NCBI GenBank assembly: GCA_038065615.1
Contig: JBBTQQ010000008.1
Coordinates: 10,658 to 74,657, forward strand
Direction of reading: 5' to 3'
From: Patescibacteria group bacterium
GTDB lineage: Bacteria; Patescibacteriota; Doudnabacteria; UBA920; VMFF01
Length of the DNA: 64,000 nucleotides
Shown here: one piece after another, positions 36,943 through 46,522 of the stretch
Layout: each line of letters begins with the position of its first letter
How positions within the stretch are numbered: position 1 is the first letter of the stretch
Program-made: the position numbers and the translations under genes
The notes under the pieces: model-generated
Seen by the model: the letters and a program-made list of their open reading frames with translations, nothing else
What the model was told of the DNA's origin: nothing
Database searches by the model: none

Positions 36943-36990
36943 TTTTGGCTCTTTTCTAGTATAGGGTATCTTTTAAAAAAGCTCAAGTCC

Positions 36991-37902
36991 TTAAATTCTC
37001 AAGTACCTTCGTATAGCTATGGTGCTTGATATGATGCCTAGTATTAAAGCTGTAACAAGCTGAATTGCGAATATGATCCAAAGGTTAAAGCCCCATGTAT
37101 CATTCGTTAGGTTTGTTCCTAGATATGTGTTTAGGCGTGGCAAAAGATAGTTAAAAATAGGGATTGTAAAGAGAATGGTTATGATGCTTGCAGCAAGAGC
37201 ATACATAATGCTTTCAATTATGAAAGGCCAGCGGATATACCAGTTAGTAGCGCCAACTAATTTCATAATCTCAACTTCTTCTCTTCTGTTGAAGATTGTT
37301 AAGCGAATTGTGTTGAAGATAACTAGGATGGCGATAAAGCAAAAAACAGCTGCCATACTTATACCAAGACGTTTAACCGCAGAAAGGATTCTTGAGAGAC
37401 GTTCAATTACGCTTCTATTGTCTTGAAAATTAACTTTGTCTATGAAAGCAGAATACTCAACTTTTGAAAGTTCCTCGGCAATCTTGGGATAGTCATTTAA
37501 GTTCTTTGCTTTAACTTGTAATGTTGGTGGTAAAGGATTGTCAGTTAACTGTCCTAATGAATCTTGGATCAATTGATTGTCTGAATGTTTTTCTTTGAAC
37601 GAAGCAAGGGCATCAGCTGCAGAAACATATTTAACAGCTGCAATTTCAGGAAGCTTTTGTAGCTCTCCCTGTATATCTAATATCTGTCGCTCTGAAACCT
37701 GTGTTTTAAAGTAAACACTAATATCAACTCTTTCTTGAATGTTTTGAATTGCTACTCTTGTAATATTAAAAGAAACTAAGGTAAGAGTTAATATTGCAAG
37801 AGTAACAACCATTATTAAGGTAGCTGTTGCAGAAAGCCAGAAGTTTCTGTAAAAGTTAGTCATACCTGTTCTAATAACTCGGAAGAGTGTTATTGATTCC
37901 AT
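36991..37902 (-). CDS. ftsX: Cell division permease FtsX
   Basis: FtsX-like 4-TM topology with a large periplasmic loop. Start set at MESITLF, 4 nt after the ftsE stop. The longer ORF from 37971 overlaps ftsE by 65 nt. Confidence 0.8.
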   Translation of the reverse strand: MESITLFRVIRTGMTNFYRNFWLSATATLIMVVTLAILTLTLVSFNITRVAIQNIQERVDISVYFKTQVSERQILDIQGELQKLPEIAAVKYVSAADALASFKEKHSDNQLIQDSLGQLTDNPLPPTLQVKAKNLNDYPKIAEELSKVEYSAFIDKVNFQDNRSVIERLSRILSAVKRLGISMAAVFCFIAILVIFNTIRLTIFNRREEVEIMKLVGATNWYIRWPFIIESIMYALAASIITILFTIPIFNYLLPRLNTYLGTNLTNDTWGFNLWIIFAIQLVTALILGIISSTIAIRRYLRI

Positions 37903-37906
37903 ATGT

Positions 37907-38602
37907 TTAAAGTTTGTAGTGTCCTTTTGCTTGTTCCATGGAGATTCTACCTTTGTCCATTGTAATGACACGCTTTTGAATTTTATTAACTAGATCTCTT
38001 GCGTGAGTTGCTAGTAAAACAGTTGTTCCGAGTTGGTTTATCTTTTGTAAGAGGTCTAATATTTCAAAGCTGTTTCCTTCGTCTAAGTTTCCTGTTGGTT
38101 CATCAGCAATCAAAAGAACTGGTTTATGTGCTAAAGCGCGAGCAATGGCAACTCTTTGTTTTTCTCCACCAGACATTTCGTCAGGAAAATTATGTGTTTT
38201 GTCCCTTAATCCAACAATGTCTAAAATCCTTGCGACATCGTGCACAATCTTTTCTCTTGGATATCCAGCAACTTCCATTGCAAAAGCAACGTTTTCAAAT
38301 GCAGTTTTTTTAGGTAATAACTTCATATCCTGAAAAACAATACCAATCTTCCTTCTTAGATACGGTATATCCTCTTCTTCTAGAGAAGCAATATCAATAT
38401 CATCAATGTAAAGTTTTCCTTCATCAACTTTTTCTTCACCAAAGATAAGCTTCAGGAGGGTTGATTTACCTGCTCCTGATACGCCGACTATTGAGACAAA
38501 CTCTCCGTTTTTTATCTCTAAGTTAATGTTTTCTACTGCTTTTTTGTCTTTGTAAGTTTTTGTTACCTTTTCGAAACGAATCATGTTTAAATTATACCAC
38601 AA
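37907..38602 (-). CDS. ftsE: Cell division ATP-binding protein FtsE
   Basis: Walker A GVSGAGKST, signature MSGGEKQRVAIARAL. The start may be the internal MIRFEKV. Confidence 0.9.
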   Translation of the reverse strand: MWYNLNMIRFEKVTKTYKDKKAVENINLEIKNGEFVSIVGVSGAGKSTLLKLIFGEEKVDEGKLYIDDIDIASLEEEDIPYLRRKIGIVFQDMKLLPKKTAFENVAFAMEVAGYPREKIVHDVARILDIVGLRDKTHNFPDEMSGGEKQRVAIARALAHKPVLLIADEPTGNLDEGNSFEILDLLQKINQLGTTVLLATHARDLVNKIQKRVITMDKGRISMEQAKGHYKL

Positions 38603-38609
38603 TATTTAA

Positions 38610-39708
38610 TTAGACAGTAGTTTCTAAATATTTTTCAATGAAATCATCTAAATCCCCGTTTAAAACAGCGCTTGGATCTGTTGATTCATACCCAGTCCTG
38701 TGATCTTTAACTAGTTTGTAAGGATGCAAGACATAGCTTCTAATTTGATTACCCCATTCAGCGCTTTTAAACTCACCACGCATTTCTTTTTTTTGTTTCA
38801 TCCTTCTTTCTTCTTCTAAAATATTTAAACGAGATTGCAAAATCTCCATTGCTTTTTCTCTGTTTTGAGATTGAGAACGTTCATTTTGAATTGAAACTTT
38901 AACTCCTGAAGGAATGTGCGTAATTCTAACAGCAGAGTATGTAGTGTTAACGCTTTGACCACCGTGTCCTGATGCAGTGGTGGTCTCAATTTTCAAATCC
39001 TTTGGATCTATAGTTATACTCTCTTGCTGTTCTAACAACGGTAAGACTTCCACTAAAGCAAAAGATGTTTCTCTGGTGTGTGCTGGGTTAAACTCAGAAA
39101 GTCTAACAACACGATGCACTCCAGCTTCGCATCTTAAAAAACCATAAGCATTATGTCCGGATATTTCTAAAAGCACGCTTTTAATTCCAGCTTCTGATCC
39201 TTTTGATAATTCTAGTGTTTCAACTTTAAAACCATGCTTTTCACAAAAACGCATGAACATTCTTAATAATATTTCCGCCCAGTCTTGTGCATCGGATCCA
39301 CCTGCACCAGCATGAATGGCTAGTATAGCTCCATGATCATCATATTTCTTTGAAAAGAAAGCCTGAATCCTTGCTTTTAAAAACGTTTCTCTTGCTTGCT
39401 CTAGTTGTTTTTCTATATCTTCTTTATCCGTAGGTCCTACTGTCCCGCTTTTGAAAAGCTCAGATGAAATTACAAAAAGATCTTCAACGTCTTTTTGAAG
39501 CTTGTTCCAGAAATCAAACTCTGTTTTCAATGCATTGTATTGTTCTGATTTGGTTTTTGCTGTTTGTTGATCAGCCCAAAAACCACCAACCTGCATTTCT
39601 TCTTCTAACTTTTGAATTTTTTGTTTCTTTGCATCAAGGTCAAAGACGCTCCTTCAGGTTCTGTATTTCAGAAAGTAAACCTTGAATGCTTTTTAATAGT
39701 TCGTGCAT
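38610..39708 (-). CDS. prfB: Peptide chain release factor 2 with programmed +1 ribosomal frameshift
   Basis: Frame 0: MHELLKSIQGLLSEIQNLKERL, ending in CUU UGA C (39645-39639) preceded by AAGGAG. The +1 frame continues DLDAKKQKIQKLEEEMQVGGFW... through the GGQ motif (SGHGGQSVN). Confidence 0.85.
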
Positions 39709-40119
39709 TTATAAATTGTTTAATACTTCTTTAACGTAATGGTCTAGTCCAGCAAGAGCTTTTATCTCTTCCAGAGAAAGCCATTTAAACGAATCATGCT
39801 CTATATCTAGTACTGGTTCACCTTCAATACTAGCAGTATATGTGAGCCTGACAACATGCTTATCATTCTTTAAAATATCTTGTGCGGCTATTAATCTTGG
39901 CGTGTCTGTTAAAACTAGCTTTGTTTCTTCAAGGATCTCACGCTTTAAGTTATCAAGTAAAGAAGTTCCAGGATCTATTCTTCCACCAACAATATCCCAT
40001 GGGTTATTCACCTCAGGATATGCTTCCATATTTCTGTGCAGCATTAAATACTTCCCTTCTTTATTCTGAAGCAATGCTTTAACTCCGACTTGCAATGGTT
40101 TTGTGTTTGTTTCTTCCAT
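39709..40119 (-). CDS. NUDIX hydrolase
   Basis: Nudix box GGRIDPGTSLLDNLKREILEETKL. Confidence 0.75.
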   Translation of the reverse strand: MEETNTKPLQVGVKALLQNKEGKYLMLHRNMEAYPEVNNPWDIVGGRIDPGTSLLDNLKREILEETKLVLTDTPRLIAAQDILKNDKHVVRLTYTASIEGEPVLDIEHDSFKWLSLEEIKALAGLDHYVKEVLNNL

Positions 40120-40712
40120 TATTTCCCTGCGTCAGGAATCCTGTTCCATTTATTTGTTTCCATGTGCCAAGAATCTACATCAACTTCATTTAAAGAATCC
40201 CAAAGTTTTTTTGCAGATTCAGTGTAGAGCTTTTCGTTTCTAACCAAAGCTCTATTCCCCATCCATTTGGAAGGAAGCTTAGAACCCTTTTGTTCTAGTT
40301 CTCGCATTTCTAAATCAACATCCAAGTTATCAGCATCTTTAACTATCTTTGCTTCAATGCATTGTCTTTCTTCGTATTCTTTTAGTGTGTCTGTGTTTAA
40401 ATCTTCAAAGCTTGTTCCTGCAAACAAATCATTGGCAGCTGAATGTTCATCTGCTTGAACATATACTTTCTGAACATAGCTGTGATCTGAAACTCTTGTT
40501 TCTGCCATGTCATGCACTAAAGCCATCTTGATAATCTTCTCTTCATTCTTAACACCTTCCATGCGTGCTATTAACATAGCAAGCCAAACAACGCGAACTG
40601 TGTGCTCCAAATCATTAGCCACGTCCATTCCAAAATGTTGTCTCCAACCTCTTTGGATGTTTCTTAATGAACCAAGCTCGTACAAAAATTCTATGTCTCT
40701 TTTTTTTGTCAT
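40119..40712 (-). CDS. HD-domain phosphohydrolase (YfbR-like 5'-deoxynucleotidase family)
   Basis: H...RV..LA...A....G.....K...ALVHDMAE...SDH pattern of the HD superfamily. Confidence 0.65.
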   Translation of the reverse strand: MTKKRDIEFLYELGSLRNIQRGWRQHFGMDVANDLEHTVRVVWLAMLIARMEGVKNEEKIIKMALVHDMAETRVSDHSYVQKVYVQADEHSAANDLFAGTSFEDLNTDTLKEYEERQCIEAKIVKDADNLDVDLEMRELEQKGSKLPSKWMGNRALVRNEKLYTESAKKLWDSLNEVDVDSWHMETNKWNRIPDAGK

Positions 40713-40713
40713 G

Positions 40714-41430
40714 TTATTTCTTGTTTAAAACCAATCTTCTAACTAAATTCCAAATCTTGTTATGAATCTGCTCTTCTGGAAGCATCCTACCATCTTCAAC
40801 ACATTCAACATATTTTGTGTTTGGAAACAGTTCCGCTATTTGTAAAAAAACCATTTCCGCTTTTTGTAAATGTTCTAGATCATTTTCCAGATGATCTCTT
40901 TTTTTACCTTTAACATATTCTCTCTGTTTCTCGCTTTTCTTGTCCACCATTTTCTGAGCAATCTTTGCTGGAACATGCAAGATTAAGTTTAGATCAGGCT
41001 TTGGTAATTGAAACAAAGTGTATTCAAGATTATCTAACCATTTAAAAAACCTTATTCTTTCAGCGTTGCTTTCTATTCTGCTTCCTTGATGCCCCGCATT
41101 TGCAGTAACATATCTGTTTGATATGACTATTTTACCATCATCAAGTTGTTCTCTGATCCAAAAACTAGCGTCATATCGATCTACAGCAAAAAGTAATGAA
41201 GTAATATATGGATTTGATTTACCATATTTCTCATTCAAATATTCTTCCAATGGTCCTGCTGATTTTTTACCATACTGAGGAAAGTCAGCAATGGCAACAT
41301 CAAAACCTTCTTTTTTAAGTGTTTCAGCAAGAAGTTTTGCTTGAGTTGCTTTTCCAGAGCCATCAATGCCATCAATGACTATGAACTTACCCTTTTCTTT
41401 TTTAATCTTGGATTTAAGCCCGAATTTCAT
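40714..41430 (-). CDS. tmk: Thymidylate kinase
   Basis: P-loop IVIDGIDGSGKAT, DRY motif (VDRYDASF) and LID-region similarity. Confidence 0.85.
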   Translation of the reverse strand: MKFGLKSKIKKEKGKFIVIDGIDGSGKATQAKLLAETLKKEGFDVAIADFPQYGKKSAGPLEEYLNEKYGKSNPYITSLLFAVDRYDASFWIREQLDDGKIVISNRYVTANAGHQGSRIESNAERIRFFKWLDNLEYTLFQLPKPDLNLILHVPAKIAQKMVDKKSEKQREYVKGKKRDHLENDLEHLQKAEMVFLQIAELFPNTKYVECVEDGRMLPEEQIHNKIWNLVRRLVLNKK

Positions 41431-41968
41431 GTTCTTTTAATATCTTATCAATTTCACTAAACAACTGTTCTTTAGAACCATTGTTCAGCAGTTTATATTC
41501 GCATTTTTTGCCTAATTCTGCAATATGCACCTCTGTTTCCTTGGTCTTTTCAATTTTAACAAACTCTTCAAAGCTCATAGTGCTATCTCCTGAATACTGA
41601 TTATCTTCTAACTGCCATTTGTATCTTTTCTCTATTGGAGCGTCAATGTATATTAGGATACTACCTGGATATTTTCTAATGTTTTCAAATTCGTTTTGAA
41701 AACGAATTCCTGTGATGACTTCTAGTTCCGCGCTGTCATCTTGTATCTTTTTGTTAATTGCATTAATCAAAACATCTTCGCCAAAAACCTTTCTTAATTC
41801 CACCATCTTAATTACATTCTCTCTGCTGTTTTCAACACCAAGCAAATTTAAAAACTGAACAAAAATTTCAGAATGAGCATGTCGTTTTGCTCCATATTTC
41901 TTTTCAATATATTCAGCAGCTGTATCTTTGCCTGATCTTTTTGGACCAACTAGGCCTATAATCTTCAT
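41414..41968 (-). CDS. Deoxynucleoside monophosphate kinase-like P-loop kinase (T4 Dnk/gp1-like)
   Basis: GLVGPKRSGKDT closely matches the T4 dNMP kinase GVKRSGKDT P-loop. About 180 aa. Confidence 0.5.
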   Translation of the reverse strand: MKIIGLVGPKRSGKDTAAEYIEKKYGAKRHAHSEIFVQFLNLLGVENSRENVIKMVELRKVFGEDVLINAINKKIQDDSAELEVITGIRFQNEFENIRKYPGSILIYIDAPIEKRYKWQLEDNQYSGDSTMSFEEFVKIEKTKETEVHIAELGKKCEYKLLNNGSKEQLFSEIDKILKEHEIRA

Positions 41969-42516
41969 ATCTTTTCTAAGACCTCAGTTAATTGTTTTTT
42001 AAAAGTTTCAAGATCACCTGTGTTCTCAATTTTAAAATCAGCGAAATTCATTAACTTGTTTAGTTCTTTTTCTGCTGGATGATTCTCTGCTTCTTTGAAA
42101 GCTTCAAAGGATGAAGCCTCTTCGCCTTTTTTTTCTGTTCTTTCCAACACCCTTTCATACCTCAACTCCTCAGGGGCTGAAATGTATATGAGTTTAAAAT
42201 CAGGAAGCTTTTTAAAGGCTTCTAGTTCTTCAACAGCTCGTATACCACCAAAAACTAATATATCTGAACTCGATCCTTTAGAAGCCTTAACAAGAGCTTT
42301 TGCTAAAACATCACCTCCATATGCTCTCCTTAAAAACTCACCAAGGTTTTGATAGTTTGTTCTTATCAAAGGAAGATTAAGCAAGTTAAGAAGCTTTTCT
42401 AAAAGCGCTGAGAATTCAAAAAACTCTGCTTTAAAGCTTCCTACAAAAAACTCTGCTGCTGTTGATTTACCAGCTAATATTTGACCTGATATTCCGATGT
42501 ATTTCTTGTTAGCCAT
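41965..42516 (-). CDS. Paralogous dNMP-kinase-like P-loop kinase
   Basis: GISGQILAGKST P-loop. Shares LIYISAPEELRYERV / ILIYIDAPIEKRYKW blocks with the neighbouring gene. Confidence 0.45.
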   Translation of the reverse strand: MANKKYIGISGQILAGKSTAAEFFVGSFKAEFFEFSALLEKLLNLLNLPLIRTNYQNLGEFLRRAYGGDVLAKALVKASKGSSSDILVFGGIRAVEELEAFKKLPDFKLIYISAPEELRYERVLERTEKKGEEASSFEAFKEAENHPAEKELNKLMNFADFKIENTGDLETFKKQLTEVLEKI

Positions 42517-42595
42517 GACATTAAAAGTATATCAAAATATCCATATTAAGGCATATGATATAATTAAGGAAATTAGAGGTTTTGAAAGGACCAAA

Positions 42596-43276
42596 ATGGA
42601 CAAAAACACATACGAGATTGAGCTAAAGAGCTTGCTAGGAAACGCCTCCAACGCGGAAAAACTGGTTTCAAAGATGCAAGGCCTGGACCCTAAAATGGTT
42701 TCAAAAGGCTCTCACAAGCAACTTAACCACTACTTCAAGGATGGCAATCTACAAAGTTTGTATGAAAAACTTGGTGACAAGGTCCAACCCGAAAAAAAAG
42801 ACCTCTTCAGAGAAGTTGTGGAAAAAGCAAAGACATACTCAGTTAGAACTCGTTTGGCCGATGAAAAAGTCATTCTGGTTATAAAAGCGTCGGTTGATGA
42901 AACAACAAGTTCAAATGGAACAGCTCGCTTAGAGTTTGAATCGCTGATGAATATGACATTAGAGGAACTAGATAACGAAATACTAGCGTCTGGTTTTAAC
43001 TACCAAGCAAAGTGGTCAAGAGAAAGAACTGACTATACGTACAAAGACACATCAGTAAGCATCGACAAAAACGCTGGATATGGATATTTAGCTGAATTTG
43101 AAAAAATAGAGACAGAATTGGAAAATGTAGAGCCAACAAAAACATTTCTTAGAGATATGCTCAAAGAACTAGACATCCAAGAGCTACCGCAAGATCGTCT
43201 AGAAAGAATGTTTGCTTTCTACAACGACAACTGGCAGGACTATTACGGAACAGAGAAAACTTTTAATATTGAATAA
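42596..43276 (+). CDS. CYTH-domain protein (triphosphate tunnel metalloenzyme family), tentative
   Basis: N-terminal YEIELKSLL (ExExK) and later acidic blocks (RLEFE, YLAEFEKIE). Start taken at MDKNTYE with AAGGA upstream. The ORF-track start at 42497 overlaps the divergent gene. Confidence 0.45.
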   Translation: MDKNTYEIELKSLLGNASNAEKLVSKMQGLDPKMVSKGSHKQLNHYFKDGNLQSLYEKLGDKVQPEKKDLFREVVEKAKTYSVRTRLADEKVILVIKASVDETTSSNGTARLEFESLMNMTLEELDNEILASGFNYQAKWSRERTDYTYKDTSVSIDKNAGYGYLAEFEKIETELENVEPTKTFLRDMLKELDIQELPQDRLERMFAFYNDNWQDYYGTEKTFNIE

Positions 43277-43317
43277 CAATTATCGCTGCGGCTAAACCAA
43301 AGCGGAAAGGCAATGTT

Positions 43318-44298
43318 ATGGATATCCAACATCCAGAACAACAATACTTAGAGCTTTTAAGAGACATTCTAGCGAATGGCTCAGAAAAGAAAGACCACAA
43401 TACAGGCATGGGTCTTAAGAGCGTTTTTGGAAGACAAATTCGCTTTGACCTCTCAAAAGGGTTTCCCCTCCTAACAACAAAACGCGTTTATTGGAAAGGC
43501 GTTTTACACGAACTGCTTTGGTTTCTTTCCGGAAGCTCCAACATTAAGTATTTAGTTGATAATGAAGTTCATATTTGGGATGACTATCCATACAAGTCTT
43601 ACAAAAAAATCGCTGATAAAGGAGAAGTCCCCTCTTTAACTCAACAAGAATTCATTCAAAAAATCAAAGAAGATTCTTCGTTTGCAGAAAAATGGGGAGA
43701 CCTTCCAAAGATTTACGGTGAACTCTGGAGAAGATGGCCAGCTAAAAACGGCAGAACAGTAGATCAGATCTCTTGGATCATCGGGGAATTAAAAGCATAC
43801 CCTCACAGAAAACATCATGTTTTCTCAGTTTGGAACCCTGAATACCTCTACTCCATGGCACTCCCAGGAGAAGCATTAAGCTTTCCTCTTTGCCATATTC
43901 TGGTTCACTTCAATGTTAATGACAACAAACTTTCATGTCAGTTGTATCAAAGAAGCGCTGACATGTTCTTGGGTGTCCCGTTTAACATCGGAAGCTATGC
44001 TTTGTTGACGCAAATAATCGCGCATGTTTGCGGTTATGAGGTTGGTGAATTTGTTCACACATTTGGTGATGCACATATCTATGCAAACCACTTTGAACAA
44101 GTGAATGAACAACTAACCAGAGAACCAAAACAATTCCCTACTCTAACCATTGATCCAAGCATCAGAGATATTGATAGCATAAAGCCAGAACATTTTAAGC
44201 TTGGGGGTTATGATCCTCACCCAACTCTAAAAGCTGATTTAACAGTTGCGGGCGGTTTCAACGAAGATGATAGAATTGATTTTACTAAGAAAAACTAA
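43318..44298 (+). CDS. thyA: Thymidylate synthase (ThyA, long form with about 45-aa insertion)
   Basis: Collinear with E. coli ThyA (QYLELLRDIL...FPLLTTKRV...HELLWFL...LCH...QLYQRSADMFLGVPFNI). Confidence 0.9.
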   Translation: MDIQHPEQQYLELLRDILANGSEKKDHNTGMGLKSVFGRQIRFDLSKGFPLLTTKRVYWKGVLHELLWFLSGSSNIKYLVDNEVHIWDDYPYKSYKKIADKGEVPSLTQQEFIQKIKEDSSFAEKWGDLPKIYGELWRRWPAKNGRTVDQISWIIGELKAYPHRKHHVFSVWNPEYLYSMALPGEALSFPLCHILVHFNVNDNKLSCQLYQRSADMFLGVPFNIGSYALLTQIIAHVCGYEVGEFVHTFGDAHIYANHFEQVNEQLTREPKQFPTLTIDPSIRDIDSIKPEHFKLGGYDPHPTLKADLTVAGGFNEDDRIDFTKKN

Positions 44299-44781
44299 AT
44301 GATCAGCTTAATCGCAGCCATTTCAGAAAACAGAGTCATAGGAAAAGACAATGACCTCATATGGAAAATCTCTAAGGACCAAAAACGCTTTAGAGAAATA
44401 ACTAAAGGGCATCCTGTGATCATGGGAAGAAATACGTATAAATCAATTGGTAAAGCATTACCAAATCGTTTTAACATTGTCATTAGCAGAAACCAAGAAT
44501 ACACCCTACCAGATGCAGCAATAGCACACACCTTAGAAGATGCCTTAAGGATTGCCAAAGACTCTGGTGTTGGCTCAGAAGAGATATTCATCATTGGCGG
44601 CGCGCAAGTTTACACAGAAGGGCTATCCTTTGCTGACAAACTGTATTTAACAATAGTGCACAAGCAAGCAGAGGGTGACACCTTTTTCCCTGCCTATGAG
44701 CATCTTTTCAAAACTGTCTTACACGAAGAAACAGACGAAGAAAACGAAATCAAGTTCACATTCAAAGATTTAGTGAAGTAA
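44299..44781 (+). CDS. folA: Dihydrofolate reductase
   Basis: MISLIAAISENRVIGKDNDLIWKI and the VIMGRNTYKSIG DHFR motifs. TAAATG junction with thyA. Confidence 0.9.
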   Translation: MISLIAAISENRVIGKDNDLIWKISKDQKRFREITKGHPVIMGRNTYKSIGKALPNRFNIVISRNQEYTLPDAAIAHTLEDALRIAKDSGVGSEEIFIIGGAQVYTEGLSFADKLYLTIVHKQAEGDTFFPAYEHLFKTVLHEETDEENEIKFTFKDLVK

Positions 44782-44785
44782 AATC

Positions 44786-44814
44786 AAAACGGCTAGCTAG
44801 GGCTAGCCGTTTTG
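44786..44814. terminator. Bidirectional terminator AAAACGGCTAGC-tagg-GCTAGCCGTTTT
   Basis: Perfect 12-bp palindrome between convergent genes. Confidence 0.75.
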
Positions 44815-44840
44815 ATTGATAATGTAAGCTTAGTTAAACC

Positions 44841-45800
44841 CTACAATTCAGCGGTTGTCTTAAGTCTCCCAACAAAACTATCATACATTTGAGTATGATA
44901 ACCGTAAAATTTAAGCTCATTTGCTGCTTGCTTATCTCCTTCCAACTCTCGTTCTTCTAGCTCTTTAAGTTTCGCGAGCATTATTTGAGCAGCTTCTTTT
45001 CTAATCGTATTCGGTAGATTAGAGTTATCAACTAATCGCTTTAAAACGATTACGTCAAAATCAGATCTTGTTTTTAATATTTGCCAAGCCTCTTCGGCAA
45101 TTGCAGTTTTTGTATTTGCAGTAATAACTTGTTCTAATGTGCCACTGCCTATGCTTTCACTGTACTTTTGCTTAATTATTTCCCAAAGTTTTGTAACATT
45201 TTCGGGAGAAACATTTTTCATTCCATAGGCAAGAGCATCGGGATTAGCCTGGATTTGCTCTAAAGATATAAAGATTTGTTCTTCTATCTTATCTTTAAGA
45301 TGCGCTATTCTTTCTTTTTGGGAATCAGATAGTTTAGAAGTATCAACCTTCCTGATATACCCAAGTGTTGCAAAAAGGTCATACCATGGTTCATGAACCA
45401 TGTCTTGATCAAGATCATCTGGGTTTGATAAAAACGCAGACCCAAAATTTAATCCAAAACCTTCTCCTATACCATGACGAATCTGTGATGCTGTTCGGTT
45501 GCCCCATAAAACAGTTAAATCAGGATCAAATTGCTTATACTTTTGTGTAATTTCTACGTTAGGGTTGTAACTGTGCTGATCTGAAATAGATAATTGTGTT
45601 TGTTCTACTCCTTCTTTATCCCCATACAATTTTATATCTACCCCACTTAAACTATTAGGTTTTGGTGTGAAATCTATAAACTGCCCATAGAGCATTCGAA
45701 ACTTTTCAAATGCTTTTTTGTTCTCTGGTTTCTCTATTTGAGTTTCTGGACCATCAACCATCCCCATTTCAATCGGCGCTCTATTTTCTTCACCGGACAT
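44841..45800 (-). CDS. Hypothetical protein (319 aa)
   Basis: Clean ORF upstream of dcd. No motif recognised. Confidence 0.55.
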   Translation of the reverse strand: MSGEENRAPIEMGMVDGPETQIEKPENKKAFEKFRMLYGQFIDFTPKPNSLSGVDIKLYGDKEGVEQTQLSISDQHSYNPNVEITQKYKQFDPDLTVLWGNRTASQIRHGIGEGFGLNFGSAFLSNPDDLDQDMVHEPWYDLFATLGYIRKVDTSKLSDSQKERIAHLKDKIEEQIFISLEQIQANPDALAYGMKNVSPENVTKLWEIIKQKYSESIGSGTLEQVITANTKTAIAEEAWQILKTRSDFDVIVLKRLVDNSNLPNTIRKEAAQIMLAKLKELEERELEGDKQAANELKFYGYHTQMYDSFVGRLKTTAEL

Positions 45801-45891
45801 ATGTTTGAATATTAATAAAAAATTGCTGACAGTAATATAGTATCATGAATAAATTAAAACTACTAAACAGAACTAGTAGTTTTAATCCCTG

Positions 45892-46518
45892 TTATACTCG
45901 TTTTTTCTTTAGGACTTTCTTTACTTTAACAGGTTTCTTGACAACCACTCGTATCTCATCATGAAGCTTAGACGCAAGCGGACTTTTTTGTCCCGCGTAC
46001 TTGTTATTCTTCTTGTTTACATACGGAACATCAACTTTGCTTGTAAGCTCTTCAAACGTAAAAGCACAGATTCTCATTCCTGGGTACAATGCAATTGGCA
46101 TTGTTCCAAGGTTACCAAGTTCCATTGTTGGCTTTCCGTTCCATCCAGCGTCAAAAATTGAGGCTGTACCGTGAACAATGATACCAAGGCGACCAAGAGA
46201 GCTTCTGCCCTCAATACGACCTAATAGGTCATGAGGGAGCTCTAGGTTCTCAACTGTTGTTACTAAAGCAAAATCTCCAGGCTGCATTATGAATGCTTCT
46301 CCTTTCTTAACAACAATCTCTTCCATTATTTCCTTAATGTCTACAGGACCTTTTAGATCAATGTATGGAAAGCTTGTTTTCTTGAAGACTCTGAACCTGT
46401 TTCCTAAGTGTAAATCAATTGAACATGAGCCGAGCTGAACTTCAAAGTCTGGTGCTGGCGTTATCTTTATTCTTCCAGAGTTAATCGCTTTTTTAATATC
46501 TCTGTCAGAGAGAATCAT
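45892..46518 (-). CDS. dcd: dCTP deaminase with lysine-rich C-terminal tail
   Basis: Collinear with E. coli Dcd (LSDRDI...GRSSLGRLGI...PGMRI). C-terminus VVVKKPVKVKKVLKKKRV. Confidence 0.85.
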   Translation of the reverse strand: MILSDRDIKKAINSGRIKITPAPDFEVQLGSCSIDLHLGNRFRVFKKTSFPYIDLKGPVDIKEIMEEIVVKKGEAFIMQPGDFALVTTVENLELPHDLLGRIEGRSSLGRLGIIVHGTASIFDAGWNGKPTMELGNLGTMPIALYPGMRICAFTFEELTSKVDVPYVNKKNNKYAGQKSPLASKLHDEIRVVVKKPVKVKKVLKKKRV

Positions 46519-46522
46519 ATGT

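Noticed and set aside
42497-42595. N-terminal 33 codons of the ORF-track call 42497-43276
   Set aside because: This extension overlaps the start of the divergent kinase gene (41965-42516) and has no RBS. The internal MDKNTYE start at 42596 has an AAGGA box, so the shorter CDS was preferred.
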